Origin: Pseudomonas aeruginosa PAO1
Lineage (GTDB): Bacteria; Pseudomonadota; Gammaproteobacteria; Pseudomonadales; Pseudomonadaceae
Assembly: GCF_000006765.1 (NCBI RefSeq)
Contig: NC_002516.2
Direction: 5' to 3' (one strand)
Length of the DNA: 64,000 bases
Shown here in pieces: positions 50,218 to 60,889 of the stretch. Below the pieces are notes generated by a model that did not search any database, was not told the DNA's origin, and was given only the letters and a program-made list of their open reading frames with translations. A program made the translations under genes and the position numbers. The stretch's first letter is position 1; the number at the start of each line of letters is the position of its first letter.

Positions 50218-51981
50218 ATGGCAACCCCACCCTATCCCGAGGACGAGCATTCGAGACAGGCCTACGTCGACCAACTCGGTCTGCTGGAAGAAGGTGCGGA
50301 CGAGGTATTCGAGGAAATCCTCGCCGCCGCTACGTCCTACTTCCAGACGCCCATCGCGCTCATTTCCATCCTCGACCATCAGCGCCAGTGGTTTCGCGCG
50401 AGCATCGGCCTCGATATCCGGCAGACGCCGCGACGGGATTCATTCTGCGCCTATGCGATCCTGGGCAAGGGAGTATTCGAGGTGGCCGACGCCACCCTCG
50501 ACCCGCGCTTCCGGGACAACCCCTATGTGCAAGGCGAACCGCGCATCCGCTTCTACGCCGGGGCTCCGCTGGCCACCGCGGAAGGTCTCAACCTCGGCAG
50601 CCTCTGCGTCATCGACCGGGAACCACGCGGGCCGCTGGCCGAGCGGGACGTCGCCATGCTCGAGCACTTCGCCCGGCTGGTGATGGCCCGTATCCATACG
50701 CTCCGCTCGACCAACTACATCGACGAGCCAACCGGCCTGTACAACCGTCTCCGCCTGCAGGAGGACGTTTCCCTGCGCCTGCAGCGCGACGGCGCCCTCA
50801 CCGTGATCGCCGCCGACCTCCTGCCCCTCGCCCTGCTGAATACCATCATCCGTACGCTGGGCTATCCCTTTTCCAACGACCTCATGCTCGAGGCGCGCGA
50901 CCGCATCCGCGCGGAACTGCCGGATTTCACTCTCTACAAGATCAGCCCGACGCGCTTCGGACTGCTCCTGCCACGGCAGCAACAGGAAGAAACCGAGTCG
51001 GTCTGCCTCCGCCTGCTGCGGGCCTTCGAAAGCCCCGTCGTATGTCGCGGGATCCCGATCAAGGCCAACGTGGGCCTCGGCGTACTACCGCTTGCCGACG
51101 ATACCCTCGACGGCGATCAGGACTGGCTGCGCCTGGTGGTCAGCGCGGCCGACGACGCCCGCGACCGCGGTGTCGGCTGGGCCCGCTACAACCCGCCGCT
51201 GGACCAGGCCCAGCAGCGTGCCTTCACATTGCTGACCTCGCTGTCCCAGGCGATCGGAACCGAAGAAGGCTTCCATCTGGTGTATCAGCCGAAAATCGAC
51301 CTGCCGACAGGCAGGTGCACGGGCGTGGAAGCGCTGCTGCGCTGGCGGCACCCGCAACTCGGCTTCGTCAGCCCCGCCGAATTCGTGCCCCTGGCGGAGA
51401 AAACCGCACTGATGCGCCCCCTCAGCGACTGGGTGCTGCGCCATGCCATGGCCCAGCTGGCGCAATGGAACGCACGGAACATCCCGCTCAGGCTGGCGAT
51501 CAACGTATCGGCATCGGACATGGAAGACAGCAGCTTCCTGGAAGAGGCCGTCAGACTCGCCAAAACCTACGACATCGACCTTTCCGCCCTCGAGCTGGAA
51601 TTCACCGAAAGCGTACTCATCCGCGACGCCTCGGCGGTCGGCTCGGTGCTGCTGCGTGCCCGGGAGCTTGGCATGGGCATCGCGGTGGACGACTTCGGCA
51701 CCGGCTACAGCAACTGGACCTACCTGCGCGATCTGCCAATCACCGCCATCAAGCTCGACCAATCGTTCACCCGCGACCTCGCCGGCTCGCCGAAGGCGCA
51801 GAGCGTCACCCAGGCGGTGATCGGCCTGGCCAGCCAGTTGGGTTATCGGGTGGTCGCGGAAGGCATAGAGACCCACGACACCTTCCACCTGCTGCAGGCA
51901 TGGGGCTGCCACGAGGGCCAGGGCTATCTGATCGCCCAGCCGATGCTGCCGGAGCAACTGGAGGACTGGCTGCGGCGTTAG
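50218..51981 (+). CDS. GAF-degenerate GGDEF-EAL c-di-GMP phosphodiesterase
   Basis: AGGAG RBS; GAF (IRFYAGAPL), VEALLRW, DDFGTGYS, VAEGIET; GGDEF position reads ISPTRF; 587 aa. Confidence 0.9.
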   Translation: MATPPYPEDEHSRQAYVDQLGLLEEGADEVFEEILAAATSYFQTPIALISILDHQRQWFRASIGLDIRQTPRRDSFCAYAILGKGVFEVADATLDPRFRDNPYVQGEPRIRFYAGAPLATAEGLNLGSLCVIDREPRGPLAERDVAMLEHFARLVMARIHTLRSTNYIDEPTGLYNRLRLQEDVSLRLQRDGALTVIAADLLPLALLNTIIRTLGYPFSNDLMLEARDRIRAELPDFTLYKISPTRFGLLLPRQQQEETESVCLRLLRAFESPVVCRGIPIKANVGLGVLPLADDTLDGDQDWLRLVVSAADDARDRGVGWARYNPPLDQAQQRAFTLLTSLSQAIGTEEGFHLVYQPKIDLPTGRCTGVEALLRWRHPQLGFVSPAEFVPLAEKTALMRPLSDWVLRHAMAQLAQWNARNIPLRLAINVSASDMEDSSFLEEAVRLAKTYDIDLSALELEFTESVLIRDASAVGSVLLRARELGMGIAVDDFGTGYSNWTYLRDLPITAIKLDQSFTRDLAGSPKAQSVTQAVIGLASQLGYRVVAEGIETHDTFHLLQAWGCHEGQGYLIAQPMLPEQLEDWLRR

Positions 51982-52039
51982 CCAACGCAGGCACGTGGAA
52001 TGGGCCCTACCAGCATGCTCGCCAGCCTCAGCGCGTCGC

Positions 52040-52447
52040 TCAGGGACTGGCGAGCAAGGCCCAGACCAGATAGATCGAGTAAAGGGTCAGGAGTATCAGT
52101 GCCAACAGCACCGCCCTGCTGGCATGGCGCGCAGCCACCCAGCGGGAATTGCGCCCGCAGCGCCAGACCACGACGAGGCTGAGGCACAGGTAGGCCAGTC
52201 TCACCAGCTCGACACCGACCATTCCCCACAAGGTCAGGGCCACCGCATGTTCGCCGGGAGCTTCCTGCATCAGCGGATCGACAATGGCCACCATCGCCTG
52301 CCTGGCGGCGACGCTGAGCAATAAGAAACCCGCAGCGAAGAACAGCCAGAATGCCTTCCACAGCGGCTGCCCGCCGGAAAGGAAACCTCCCGCAGTCAGC
52401 CTCTCGTCGGCCAGGTCCGCTTCTGGGGTCTTGTATGGGTGCTCCAT
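52040..52447 (-). CDS. Membrane protein of unknown function
   Basis: GGAGGA RBS; MEHPYKTPEADL leader then three TM segments. Confidence 0.7.
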   Translation of the reverse strand: MEHPYKTPEADLADERLTAGGFLSGGQPLWKAFWLFFAAGFLLLSVAARQAMVAIVDPLMQEAPGEHAVALTLWGMVGVELVRLAYLCLSLVVVWRCGRNSRWVAARHASRAVLLALILLTLYSIYLVWALLASP

Positions 52448-52565
52448 GCCCTGGGTCCTCCCTGCAAACGGGCACCCTAGCACATCCCGCGCCGCTCGCC
52501 TTCTTCAGCGGGCGGCAGACCGTCCGTTGCACCTCGCGATGTTTCCAGCACTCGGCCGAGCGTCT

Positions 52566-52907
52566 CTAGCGCGGGCAGGAAACCTGCGTGCCTTCCACCT
52601 TGCGGATGTGATCGCGATAGGAGCCGGAAACCAGGATCGATTGCGTGCCGCCCTTCTCGCTGAGAATGCCATCGCAACTGTAATCGCAGCCAGCCTCGAT
52701 GCTGAGGCACACGTCCTGTCCCTCGAAACGGTACAGGTTGGCAGGCCACCCCGTGCAATCGTACAGGCCTGCGCCAGGGCATTCGACGGCCTCGAGTCTT
52801 CCGGCAACGACGATGGTCGAACCTGCCATGTCCTTGAGTTCCTCCGCGGCGCCAGCGGCAATGGAGAAGAGAGCGGGAAATACAACCAGGGAAAGTCGGC
52901 AGGGCAT
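52566..52907 (-). CDS. Small secreted six-Cys protein
   Basis: Signal peptide (LSLVVFPALFSIAAGAA), six Cys in the mature part; 113 aa. Confidence 0.7.
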   Translation of the reverse strand: MPCRLSLVVFPALFSIAAGAAEELKDMAGSTIVVAGRLEAVECPGAGLYDCTGWPANLYRFEGQDVCLSIEAGCDYSCDGILSEKGGTQSILVSGSYRDHIRKVEGTQVSCPR

Positions 52908-53136
52908 CGGCTTCGGTACTGTCTACTATGTGGACGGAATTCTGAATCGGGTCAGGAATCGATATTCCCGTTCAGACCGAAGCGTGTTGAAGCAGTTCCC
53001 CGCCCCCACTCGCTCGGTTTCCCACGACCGCGGCAGCTCCAGGAGTTCGATACTCTTGTCATTGGTAGTCGCAACTGCGAAGCGCTGCCTGTCCGTTCAT
53101 AACGGCCACACGGGCAACTTCACTTTATTTGCATTT

Positions 53137-53168
53137 AAAAAAAGAGCCCATTCGGGCCCTTTTTTTTT
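53137..53168 (-). terminator. lecA terminator (bidirectional shape)
   Basis: A-tract, GAGCCC-ATTC-GGGCCC, T-tract. Confidence 0.75.
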
Positions 53169-53181
53169 CCGAGACAAGTTA

Positions 53182-53673
<492 letters not shown>

Positions 53674-53965
53674 GAAAAGAGGATAATTCCGCCAGTGAAT
53701 TGAATATATTCGGAAAGGAAATTAAAAAGCAGGAGCAGAAGATAACGACAAAAAATCAAAATTCCAAAGACAACTACTTCAAGCTGCACAAACACTCCCG
53801 CACACCAGCCAGGGCGAACCCTATACGGAGCCGTACTAGAATGAAACGCCTCCAAGGCCGAGGAGGGAAAGAAGGCAACGTCGACTCGTTGATTGCCGCG
53901 CGATGGCGGGCCGGAAGAAAATCGGGGAAGGAACGCAGAAGTCGGCTGAACGCCAGGAAACACAA

Positions 53966-54052
53966 TGGTGCCCGGAGCCGGGGTCGAACCGGCACGGGGT
54001 TACCCCCGAGGGATTTTAAGTCCCTTGCGTCTACCGATTTCGCCATCCGGGC
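53966..54052 (-). tRNA. tRNA-Leu(TAA), 87 nt, CCA encoded
   Basis: GCCCGGATGGCGAAATCGGTAGACGCAAGGGACTTAAAATCCC...GGTTCGACCCCGGCTCCGGGCACCA; long variable arm. Confidence 0.97.
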
Positions 54053-54165
54053 AGGATCTCGCTTCAAGTGAGCCGGCAACGGGAACCAAACCGGCATCCC
54101 AACCCGAGACCCACCCCAAACGGTAGATAAATCATTGTCTTACGTTACCCTAGCCGGCGCAACAG

Positions 54166-55578
54166 TTAATTTCCGTGGGCTCCGCCCAGGTTGCCGGGCG
54201 ATTCCAGGGGAAGCACGATCCGGAAAGCGCTGCCGACTCCCGGCTGGCTACGTACCTCGATGGTGCCGCCGTGTTTCTGGACGATGCCGTAGGAGAGCGA
54301 CAACCCCAGGCCGGTCCCCTTGCCTACCGGCTTGGTGGTGAAGAACGGATCGAAGATGCGCGGCAGGATCTCGGGGGAGATACCCTGCCCCGAGTCTTCC
54401 ACCTCGATCCAGGCATGCTCCACGGTATGCCCCGTGCGAATCACGATGCGACCCCGCTCCGGCCCCATCGCCTGGGCCGCGTTCATCACCAGGTTCATCA
54501 CCACCTGGTTGATCTGCGACGGCAGGCACTTCACCTCGGGCAGATCGCCGTATTCGCGGACCACGTCGGCCCGGTACTTCAGTTCGCTGGCGACGATATT
54601 GAGGGTCGACTCGATCCCCTGGTGCAGATCGGTCCACTGCCAGTCGTCCTCGGCGTCGACGCGGGAGAAGTTCTTCAGGTCCTGGACGATCTTGCGCACC
54701 CGCCCTATACCTTCCCTGGATTCGCGCAGCAACACGGCGACATCCTCCTTGACGAAGGCCAGTTCGACCCGCTCACCGAGCTGCTCCAGGCGTCTTGCCA
54801 GCGCCTCGTCGCGGATCGCGGGGCGAGCCTCTTCATAGGCTTCAAGTACCTCCAGCAAACGCCTGACGTGCTCCTCCAGGGTGGTGTAGTTGGAGGAAAC
54901 GTAGCTGATGGGGTTATTGATCTCATGGGCGACGCCGGCGGCCAGGTGGCCGATCGAGGCAAGCTTCTCCGTCTGCACCAGTTGGCTTTCCAGTTCCTTG
55001 CGCTCGCCGATCTCTTTCTCCAGCGCCTCCTTGGCCTGGCCGACTTCCCGGGTGATCTCCTGGATGGCAGCCTCCATCCGGCTCATCTGCAACTGGAGGT
55101 GAGCCGTCACGTTCCACTTGGCGCTGAGATTGCCGGCCATCTGGCGGACCTCCTGTCCCTGCAAAGGCAGGCCGAGGAGCAGCAGGCGCTCTTCCGCAGC
55201 CCACGGCGCCAATAGCGGAAAATCGGCGGGAGGCGCATGCACCACGACCTGCAAGCGGGAGTCGAGACGCCAGAACCGCTCTAGAACGGGAATATCCGCG
55301 CCTACCGACGGCATCCCGAGAAACACCACGGCATACGGCGCATCGGCCTGGAGGGCCGAGCGTATCCGCCCCAATGCCTCCTCGGCGCTTCCCGCCGTAT
55401 CCACCTGGTAGCCCCGCTCAGGCGCCACGGGAGGCGATTCGGCCCCTAGGGTTCCCTGCAACAACCCGCATACACGGTCTCGATCCGCCTGCCGCTCATC
55501 GATCACCAGCAAGCGCCGGTTCCTGATGGGTAACGTCTCCATGATCCGCACCTCCGCTCGCCCAGCCGCCGCGTGCAT
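54166..55578 (-). CDS. Cytoplasmic NtrB-like histidine kinase with an N-terminal degenerate receiver-like domain
   Basis: AHEINNP H-box, [29 protein letters not shown]; no TM; start could be 55542. Confidence 0.88.
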   Translation of the reverse strand: MHAAAGRAEVRIMETLPIRNRRLLVIDERQADRDRVCGLLQGTLGAESPPVAPERGYQVDTAGSAEEALGRIRSALQADAPYAVVFLGMPSVGADIPVLERFWRLDSRLQVVVHAPPADFPLLAPWAAEERLLLLGLPLQGQEVRQMAGNLSAKWNVTAHLQLQMSRMEAAIQEITREVGQAKEALEKEIGERKELESQLVQTEKLASIGHLAAGVAHEINNPISYVSSNYTTLEEHVRRLLEVLEAYEEARPAIRDEALARRLEQLGERVELAFVKEDVAVLLRESREGIGRVRKIVQDLKNFSRVDAEDDWQWTDLHQGIESTLNIVASELKYRADVVREYGDLPEVKCLPSQINQVVMNLVMNAAQAMGPERGRIVIRTGHTVEHAWIEVEDSGQGISPEILPRIFDPFFTTKPVGKGTGLGLSLSYGIVQKHGGTIEVRSQPGVGSAFRIVLPLESPGNLGGAHGN

Positions 55579-55655
55579 GCGCCCTCGTCCAGGCCAGACT
55601 CGGACTATGCTTGCCTGAAGTATTCAGGCAAAACTCACCCGGTGGACAGACACTC

Positions 55656-56999
55656 ATGAACGATAGCGCACCTCCTTCCAACGAGACGGAGATCCGCTTC
55701 AGCGTGCTGCTGGTCGACGACGAGCCGCTGATCCTCAGCAGCCTGCGCCGGCTGCTACGCAACCAGCCCTACGACCTGTTGCTGGCGGAGAGCGGCGAAC
55801 AGGCCCTGCAACTGCTGGAAAGCCGGCCCGTGGACCTGGTGGTGTCCGACGCCCGCATGCCGAACATGGACGGCGCTGCCCTGCTCGCGGAAATCCATCG
55901 CCGCTCCCCGGAAACCATTCGCATCCTGCTCACCGGCCATGCCGACCTGCCAACCATCGCCAAGGCCATCAATGAAGGGCGCATCCACCATTACCTGAGC
56001 AAGCCGTGGAACGACGACGAGTTGCTGCTGACCCTGCGCCAGTCGCTCGAATACCTGCATTCCGAGCGCGAGCGGCGGCGCCTGGAGCGACTTACCCAGG
56101 AGCAGAACGACCGCCTCCAGCAACTCAACGCCACGCTGGAAAAGCGCGTTCAGGCGCGCACCGCCGAACTGCAGCAGACCGCCGACATGCTCGACCTCGC
56201 CTATGAGGAGCTAAAGCGCAGCTACGTGGTCGGCACCGAAGTCTTCTCGCTGCTGGTCAACCAGCGCCTGCCCAAGGACAAGCAGACCAACCAGCAAATC
56301 ATCGAACTGGTCCGCGCCTGCTGTGCCAGCGGCCTCGTCGACGAATCGGATGGTCGCGACCTGGCGATGGCCGCGGCGCTCTACAACATCGGCAAGCTAA
56401 GCTGGAACGACACCCTGCTCAGCTCGCCCTCGGACCTGCTCTATCACCACGACCGCGATCGTTTCCGCGGCTACCCGGAACTCAGCGAGTCGCTGCTGAT
56501 GTCGCTGGAACCGATGCAGGACGCCGCCCGCCTGATTCGCCATCACCAGGAGCACTGGGACGGCAGCGGCTATCCGGACCACCTCAAGGGCGAGGCCATT
56601 CCCCTGGGCTCGCGCCTCTTGAAGCTGGCGGTGGATTTCGTCGAGCTGCAGCGCGGACTGATCCTCGAACGGCGCATGAATCGCGACGAAGCACTGATGT
56701 ACATCCGCAAATACGCCGGCCGGCTGTACGACCCCGAGCTGATCGAACCGTTCATCCAGGTCTGTGCGACGACCCTTGCCGATGTCACCCTGGCCGATCC
56801 GCAAGTCCGTGCCCATGGCACCCGCGACCTGGTTCCGGGCATGGTGCTGGCGCGCAACCTCACCGCCAACAACGGCATGCTGCTGCTCAACGCGGGCAAG
56901 GTCCTGAACCTGGCGCTGATCGAGAAGCTGATCGCCTTCGAAGCGATCGAAGGCGCACGCTACACGCTGTTCGTGCGCCTCCCGGAGTCGACGACCTAG
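55656..56999 (+). CDS. Response regulator with REC and a degenerate HD-GYP domain
   Basis: VDDE, SDARMP, KPW; YNIGK instead of HDIGK, DGSGYP; 447 aa. Confidence 0.88.
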   Translation: MNDSAPPSNETEIRFSVLLVDDEPLILSSLRRLLRNQPYDLLLAESGEQALQLLESRPVDLVVSDARMPNMDGAALLAEIHRRSPETIRILLTGHADLPTIAKAINEGRIHHYLSKPWNDDELLLTLRQSLEYLHSERERRRLERLTQEQNDRLQQLNATLEKRVQARTAELQQTADMLDLAYEELKRSYVVGTEVFSLLVNQRLPKDKQTNQQIIELVRACCASGLVDESDGRDLAMAAALYNIGKLSWNDTLLSSPSDLLYHHDRDRFRGYPELSESLLMSLEPMQDAARLIRHHQEHWDGSGYPDHLKGEAIPLGSRLLKLAVDFVELQRGLILERRMNRDEALMYIRKYAGRLYDPELIEPFIQVCATTLADVTLADPQVRAHGTRDLVPGMVLARNLTANNGMLLLNAGKVLNLALIEKLIAFEAIEGARYTLFVRLPESTT

Positions 57000-57009
57000 G
57001 CGGCTCCCG

Positions 57010-58617
57010 TCAGATCTTGAAGCGCTCCACCGACGAGCGCATGGTCGCTGCAACCTCGTTCAGGCGCCTGGCGGTGGCGGCCATCTCGTGCATCGCCTGG
57101 GTGTTCTGCTGCGAACGCTGGGCGATGAGTTCCACGCGCTGGGCGATTTCATCACTGGCGCGCGACTGCTCGCGGATGGTCTGGGAAATCTCATCGACCA
57201 CCGACGCGGCATGACGGGTTCCATCGAGAATCTCGTTGATCGACACCCCTGCCTGGCGGGCGAACGACACCCCCTCGTTGACCCGGCTCACGCCGGCCTC
57301 CATGCTGTTGATCGCTTGCCCCGTGCTGGCGCGGATGCGCTCGATCATCGCGGTGATCTCCTGGGTCGACTGGGTGGTCCGCGCCGCCAGCCCGCGTACC
57401 TCGTCGGCGACCACGGCGAAACCGCGCCCGGCCTCTCCGGCCCGCGCCGCCTCGATGGCGGCGTTCAACGCCAGCAGGTTGGTCTGCTCGGCGATCCCCT
57501 TGATCACCTGGATGATCGAATGGATCTCGTCCGACGACTGGCCGAGAGCGGTGATGCTGGTGGAGGACTGGTTGACCACGTCGGCGATGCGGCTCATCCC
57601 TTCCACCACGTTGAGGATCACCTGCCCGCCACTGCTGGCCAGCTCCTCGGACTTGGCCGAGATCACCCTGGCGTTGTCGGCGTGGTCGGAAATCTGCGAG
57701 ATATTGGTGATCATCTCTTCCATGCTCGCGGCCATGCTGGTGGCGCTGTCGGCCTGTTGGCTGGCGCCGTGGACGATCGACTGCGAGGTCTGGCCGATGG
57801 ATTGGGAGGTGTCGTGGAGTTCTTCGCTTTCCTGGCGGATGATGGTGATCATCTGCCGCAGGTTCTCCTGCATCTCGCCCAACGCCCGCTGCAACTGGCC
57901 GGCCTCGTCATTGCTGTCGACGCCGATCGGCTCCTGCAGGTTGCCCTGGGCGATCACCCGGGCCGATGAGACCAGTTTGCGCAGCGGCTGCAGGACGGCG
58001 CGCAGCAACTGGCGACAGAGCTGTCCAAGGACCAGGCAGGCGACCAGGATGCCGCCCGCGAGCATCCAGGCGGAATAGCGCATGCTGTCTTCGCGCGCCC
58101 GGTTGGTCTGCTCGACGTGTTTCTCGATCAGGCTGCTGAGCGCTTCGTTGCGCCCTTCCAGCTCCTTGAAGGCCTGGACGAACTGCGGCAGCTCGGCCCG
58201 CGCCGCCACGGGATCAAGCAACGCCTTGCCGACGATGCTCTCGGCGGCGCCGATGTAGGCTTCCAGGTCGGGCCGCAACTCGACCAGCGCCTGGTGGATG
58301 GCGTCGTTGAGAGGCAGCCCCTGGTTCTGCTCGACCACCTTGCGAAACCACTGGCTGTGCTCCTGCAGGTCCTGGCGGACCTGCTCGGCCGCCGCGCCGT
58401 CGCCGGGCTGGACCACGAACGCCGCCAGGACGTCGGCGCGCAAGGCGTCGTGCATCATGTCGCCTTCCATGTGGTTGCGCAGCGCATTGACGCTCAGCTC
58501 GTTCTCCGACAGCGCCTTGCCCAACCGCAATTGCCCCCAGAAGCCGACCCCGCCTAGCAGCACCACAGCCACGATGCCGATGGCGCCCGAAGCGAGGATT
58601 CTCTGCCGAATGTTCAT
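57010..58617 (-). CDS. Methyl-accepting chemotaxis protein
   Basis: Two TM segments, 4-helix sensor ([11 protein letters not shown]), HAMP, MCP hairpin; 535 aa. Confidence 0.92.
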   Translation of the reverse strand: MNIRQRILASGAIGIVAVVLLGGVGFWGQLRLGKALSENELSVNALRNHMEGDMMHDALRADVLAAFVVQPGDGAAAEQVRQDLQEHSQWFRKVVEQNQGLPLNDAIHQALVELRPDLEAYIGAAESIVGKALLDPVAARAELPQFVQAFKELEGRNEALSSLIEKHVEQTNRAREDSMRYSAWMLAGGILVACLVLGQLCRQLLRAVLQPLRKLVSSARVIAQGNLQEPIGVDSNDEAGQLQRALGEMQENLRQMITIIRQESEELHDTSQSIGQTSQSIVHGASQQADSATSMAASMEEMITNISQISDHADNARVISAKSEELASSGGQVILNVVEGMSRIADVVNQSSTSITALGQSSDEIHSIIQVIKGIAEQTNLLALNAAIEAARAGEAGRGFAVVADEVRGLAARTTQSTQEITAMIERIRASTGQAINSMEAGVSRVNEGVSFARQAGVSINEILDGTRHAASVVDEISQTIREQSRASDEIAQRVELIAQRSQQNTQAMHEMAATARRLNEVAATMRSSVERFKI

Positions 58618-58728
58618 CCCTGGGCTCCTTTCCGTGCCGAGATATCGCTAAGGATAGTCAACCCCAGGCAAGGCGGGATTGCCCGAACGAAGAGCTATTC
58701 GGGCACGGAGCGGGGACGCCGGCCATTC

Positions 58729-59877
58729 TCAGGAAGCTGCCGGCCGCTCGCTCTGTTCGGCCGTCAACTGGAACTCTTCGCCCGCATAGTAGGCCCGCAC
58801 CTTGGGGTCCATGACCGCCCGCCACAGCGGCGGGATCAGCGCCAGCACCACCATCCCGGCATAACCGCTGGGCATCTGCGGGCTATCGTCATAATGACGG
58901 AGGACCTGATAGGGGCGTTTGGCGAAGGCATGATGGTCGGAATGCCGTTGCAGATGGAACAGGACCAGGTTGGTGAAGACGAAGTTGCTGTTCCAGGAGT
59001 GGGTATGGTTGGTCCGCTCGTAGCGCCCGTCCTCGCCCTTTCGCCGATGCAGGCCGTAGTGCTCGACGTAGTTGATGATCTCCAGCAGGGTCACCGCGAC
59101 GAACGCTTGGCCAAGGAAGAAAACCATCCCCAGCCAGCCGAACGCCCAACCGAAACCGACCAGCAACGCCAGGCTCAGCAGGTACCACCAGATCAGTTCG
59201 TTCTGCCAGCCGAACACCGGCAGGCCCTTCTTGCGCAGCCGCACCGCTTCAAGGCGCCAGGCGTTGAGGAAGTTGTACTTGTAGGCATGCGGCAGGAACT
59301 GGTAGACCGACTGGCCGAAACGCGCCGACGAAGCGTCCTCCGGCGTAGACACATGCACATGGTGGCCGCGCACATGCTCGACCTTGAACCCCGCGTAGCA
59401 CACGGCGGCCAGCAGGATGCCGCCGGCAGCCTGCTCCAGCGCCGAGTCCTTGTGGATCAGCTCATGGGCGACGACGATCCCCACCGCTCCCATCACCGTG
59501 CCCATCGAGAGGATCCAGCCCAACCGGCCGAGCCAGCCCCACTCCTGGAAAGCGACGAACACGCCAGCGGCCCACACCAGCGTACCGATGAGCACCGGCA
59601 CCGTGGCCAGGGTCAGCAATACGTAATAGCCCTGGCCGAGCAACTGCGGCGTCTGGGTTTCCTCGTCGGGGTTGGCCGGGTCGCGGCCGAACAGCATGTC
59701 CAGCAGCGGCCCGATGCCGAATACCGCAATCACCAGGGAAAATGCCCAGAAGGCCGGATGTGCGCTGTCCTGGGCCATCCAGTAGTTGAACGGCATGGAC
59801 AACGCCAGCAGCAGCCAGAGCCAATAGGCGTACTTCTTGATGGCCAGCATGGTGCTGGGAGAGAAATTTTCAAACAT
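58729..59877 (-). CDS. alkB1: Alkane 1-monooxygenase
   Basis: HELIH, EHVRGHH, NYVEHYG, LQRHSDHHA motifs; 382 aa. Confidence 0.95.
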   Translation of the reverse strand: MFENFSPSTMLAIKKYAYWLWLLLALSMPFNYWMAQDSAHPAFWAFSLVIAVFGIGPLLDMLFGRDPANPDEETQTPQLLGQGYYVLLTLATVPVLIGTLVWAAGVFVAFQEWGWLGRLGWILSMGTVMGAVGIVVAHELIHKDSALEQAAGGILLAAVCYAGFKVEHVRGHHVHVSTPEDASSARFGQSVYQFLPHAYKYNFLNAWRLEAVRLRKKGLPVFGWQNELIWWYLLSLALLVGFGWAFGWLGMVFFLGQAFVAVTLLEIINYVEHYGLHRRKGEDGRYERTNHTHSWNSNFVFTNLVLFHLQRHSDHHAFAKRPYQVLRHYDDSPQMPSGYAGMVVLALIPPLWRAVMDPKVRAYYAGEEFQLTAEQSERPAAS

Positions 59878-59985
59878 CGTGCGCTCCAGTTTTTGTCCGA
59901 CAATCCTACAATCGAACCATCACCGAGCCGGGCTGCCAGGTCACCATCACTAAAGGTTGGCCGCCTCCCCCCGCCTTCACCCTGC

Positions 59986-59999
59986 TTGACCTGAATCAA
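59986..59999. promoter_or_regulatory. Anr/Fnr box
   Basis: TTGAC-CTGA-ATCAA between divergent alkB1 and the nitroreductase. Confidence 0.55.
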
Positions 60000-60224
60000 A
60001 GGCCAAGTCCTCGCGGTTTTATGCCCATCGACTTTCTCGATATTCCATTTTCATCCGTACTGGCCGTCTCTCGCTGCCGGCCGCGCTGGACCGTGGATAC
60101 CCGGCTTTCCTGGGGAAGCCGGGTATCCATCGCATCAGCCGATAGGAATCACCGGTTATTTCCCATTGATCTCATCGAGGCCGTCGCTAATATCGAATCC
60201 AATTTCCAAACAAGGAGCCTCACG

Positions 60225-60827
60225 ATGTCTGACGCATTCCTCTCCTCCATCAAGAACCGCCGCACCATCTACGCCCTGGACAAGCAACTGCCCGTCTCCC
60301 AGGAGAAAATCGTCGAACTGGTCAAGGAGGCCGTCTCGCACAGCCCTTCCGCGTTCAACTCGCAGAGCTCGCGGGTGGTCGTCCTGTTCGGCGCCGAGCA
60401 CGAGCAGTTCTGGAACATCGCCAAGGACGAGTTGAAGAAGATCGTTCCCGCCGACGCTTTCGCCGCCACCGAAACCAAGCTCAATTCCTTCGCCGCCGGT
60501 GCCGGCACCGTACTGTTCTTCGAAGACCAGACGGTAGTGCGCCAGCTTCAGGAGCAGTTCGCCCTCTACGCCGACAACTTCCCGGTGTGGTCGGAGCAGG
60601 CCAGCGGCATGGCCCAGTTCGCGGTCTGGACCGCCCTCGCCGAGCACAAGGTCGGCGCCAGCCTGCAGCACTACAACCCGCTGGTAGATGCGCAGACCCA
60701 CAAGACCTGGAACCTGCCGGAAAGCTGGAAGCTGCGCGCACAGATGCCTTTCGGCGCCATCGCCGCTCCGGCGGGGGAGAAAGCCTTCATCGCCGAAAGC
60801 GAACGCTTCAAGGTCTTCGGCAACTGA
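60225..60827 (+). CDS. Nitroreductase-family protein (Frm2/YodC-like)
   Basis: AAGGAG RBS; RRTIYAL, SPSAFNSQSSR, ASLQHYNP, AQMPFG; 200 aa. Confidence 0.9.
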   Translation: MSDAFLSSIKNRRTIYALDKQLPVSQEKIVELVKEAVSHSPSAFNSQSSRVVVLFGAEHEQFWNIAKDELKKIVPADAFAATETKLNSFAAGAGTVLFFEDQTVVRQLQEQFALYADNFPVWSEQASGMAQFAVWTALAEHKVGASLQHYNPLVDAQTHKTWNLPESWKLRAQMPFGAIAAPAGEKAFIAESERFKVFGN

Positions 60828-60846
60828 TCGGCCGAGATCGCCGTAG

Positions 60847-60875
60847 AAAAGCCCCGCCTCGTCGCGGGGCTTTTT
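60847..60875. terminator. Bidirectional intrinsic terminator
   Basis: AAAAGCCCCGC-CTCGTC-GCGGGGCTTTTT. Confidence 0.85.
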
Positions 60876-60889
60876 CTTTCCCCCGCGCC

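Noticed and set aside
53774-54097. ORFs overlapping the tRNA (53774-54097 -, 53700-54071 +)
   Set aside because: They span the tRNA-Leu gene and the lecA promoter; spurious
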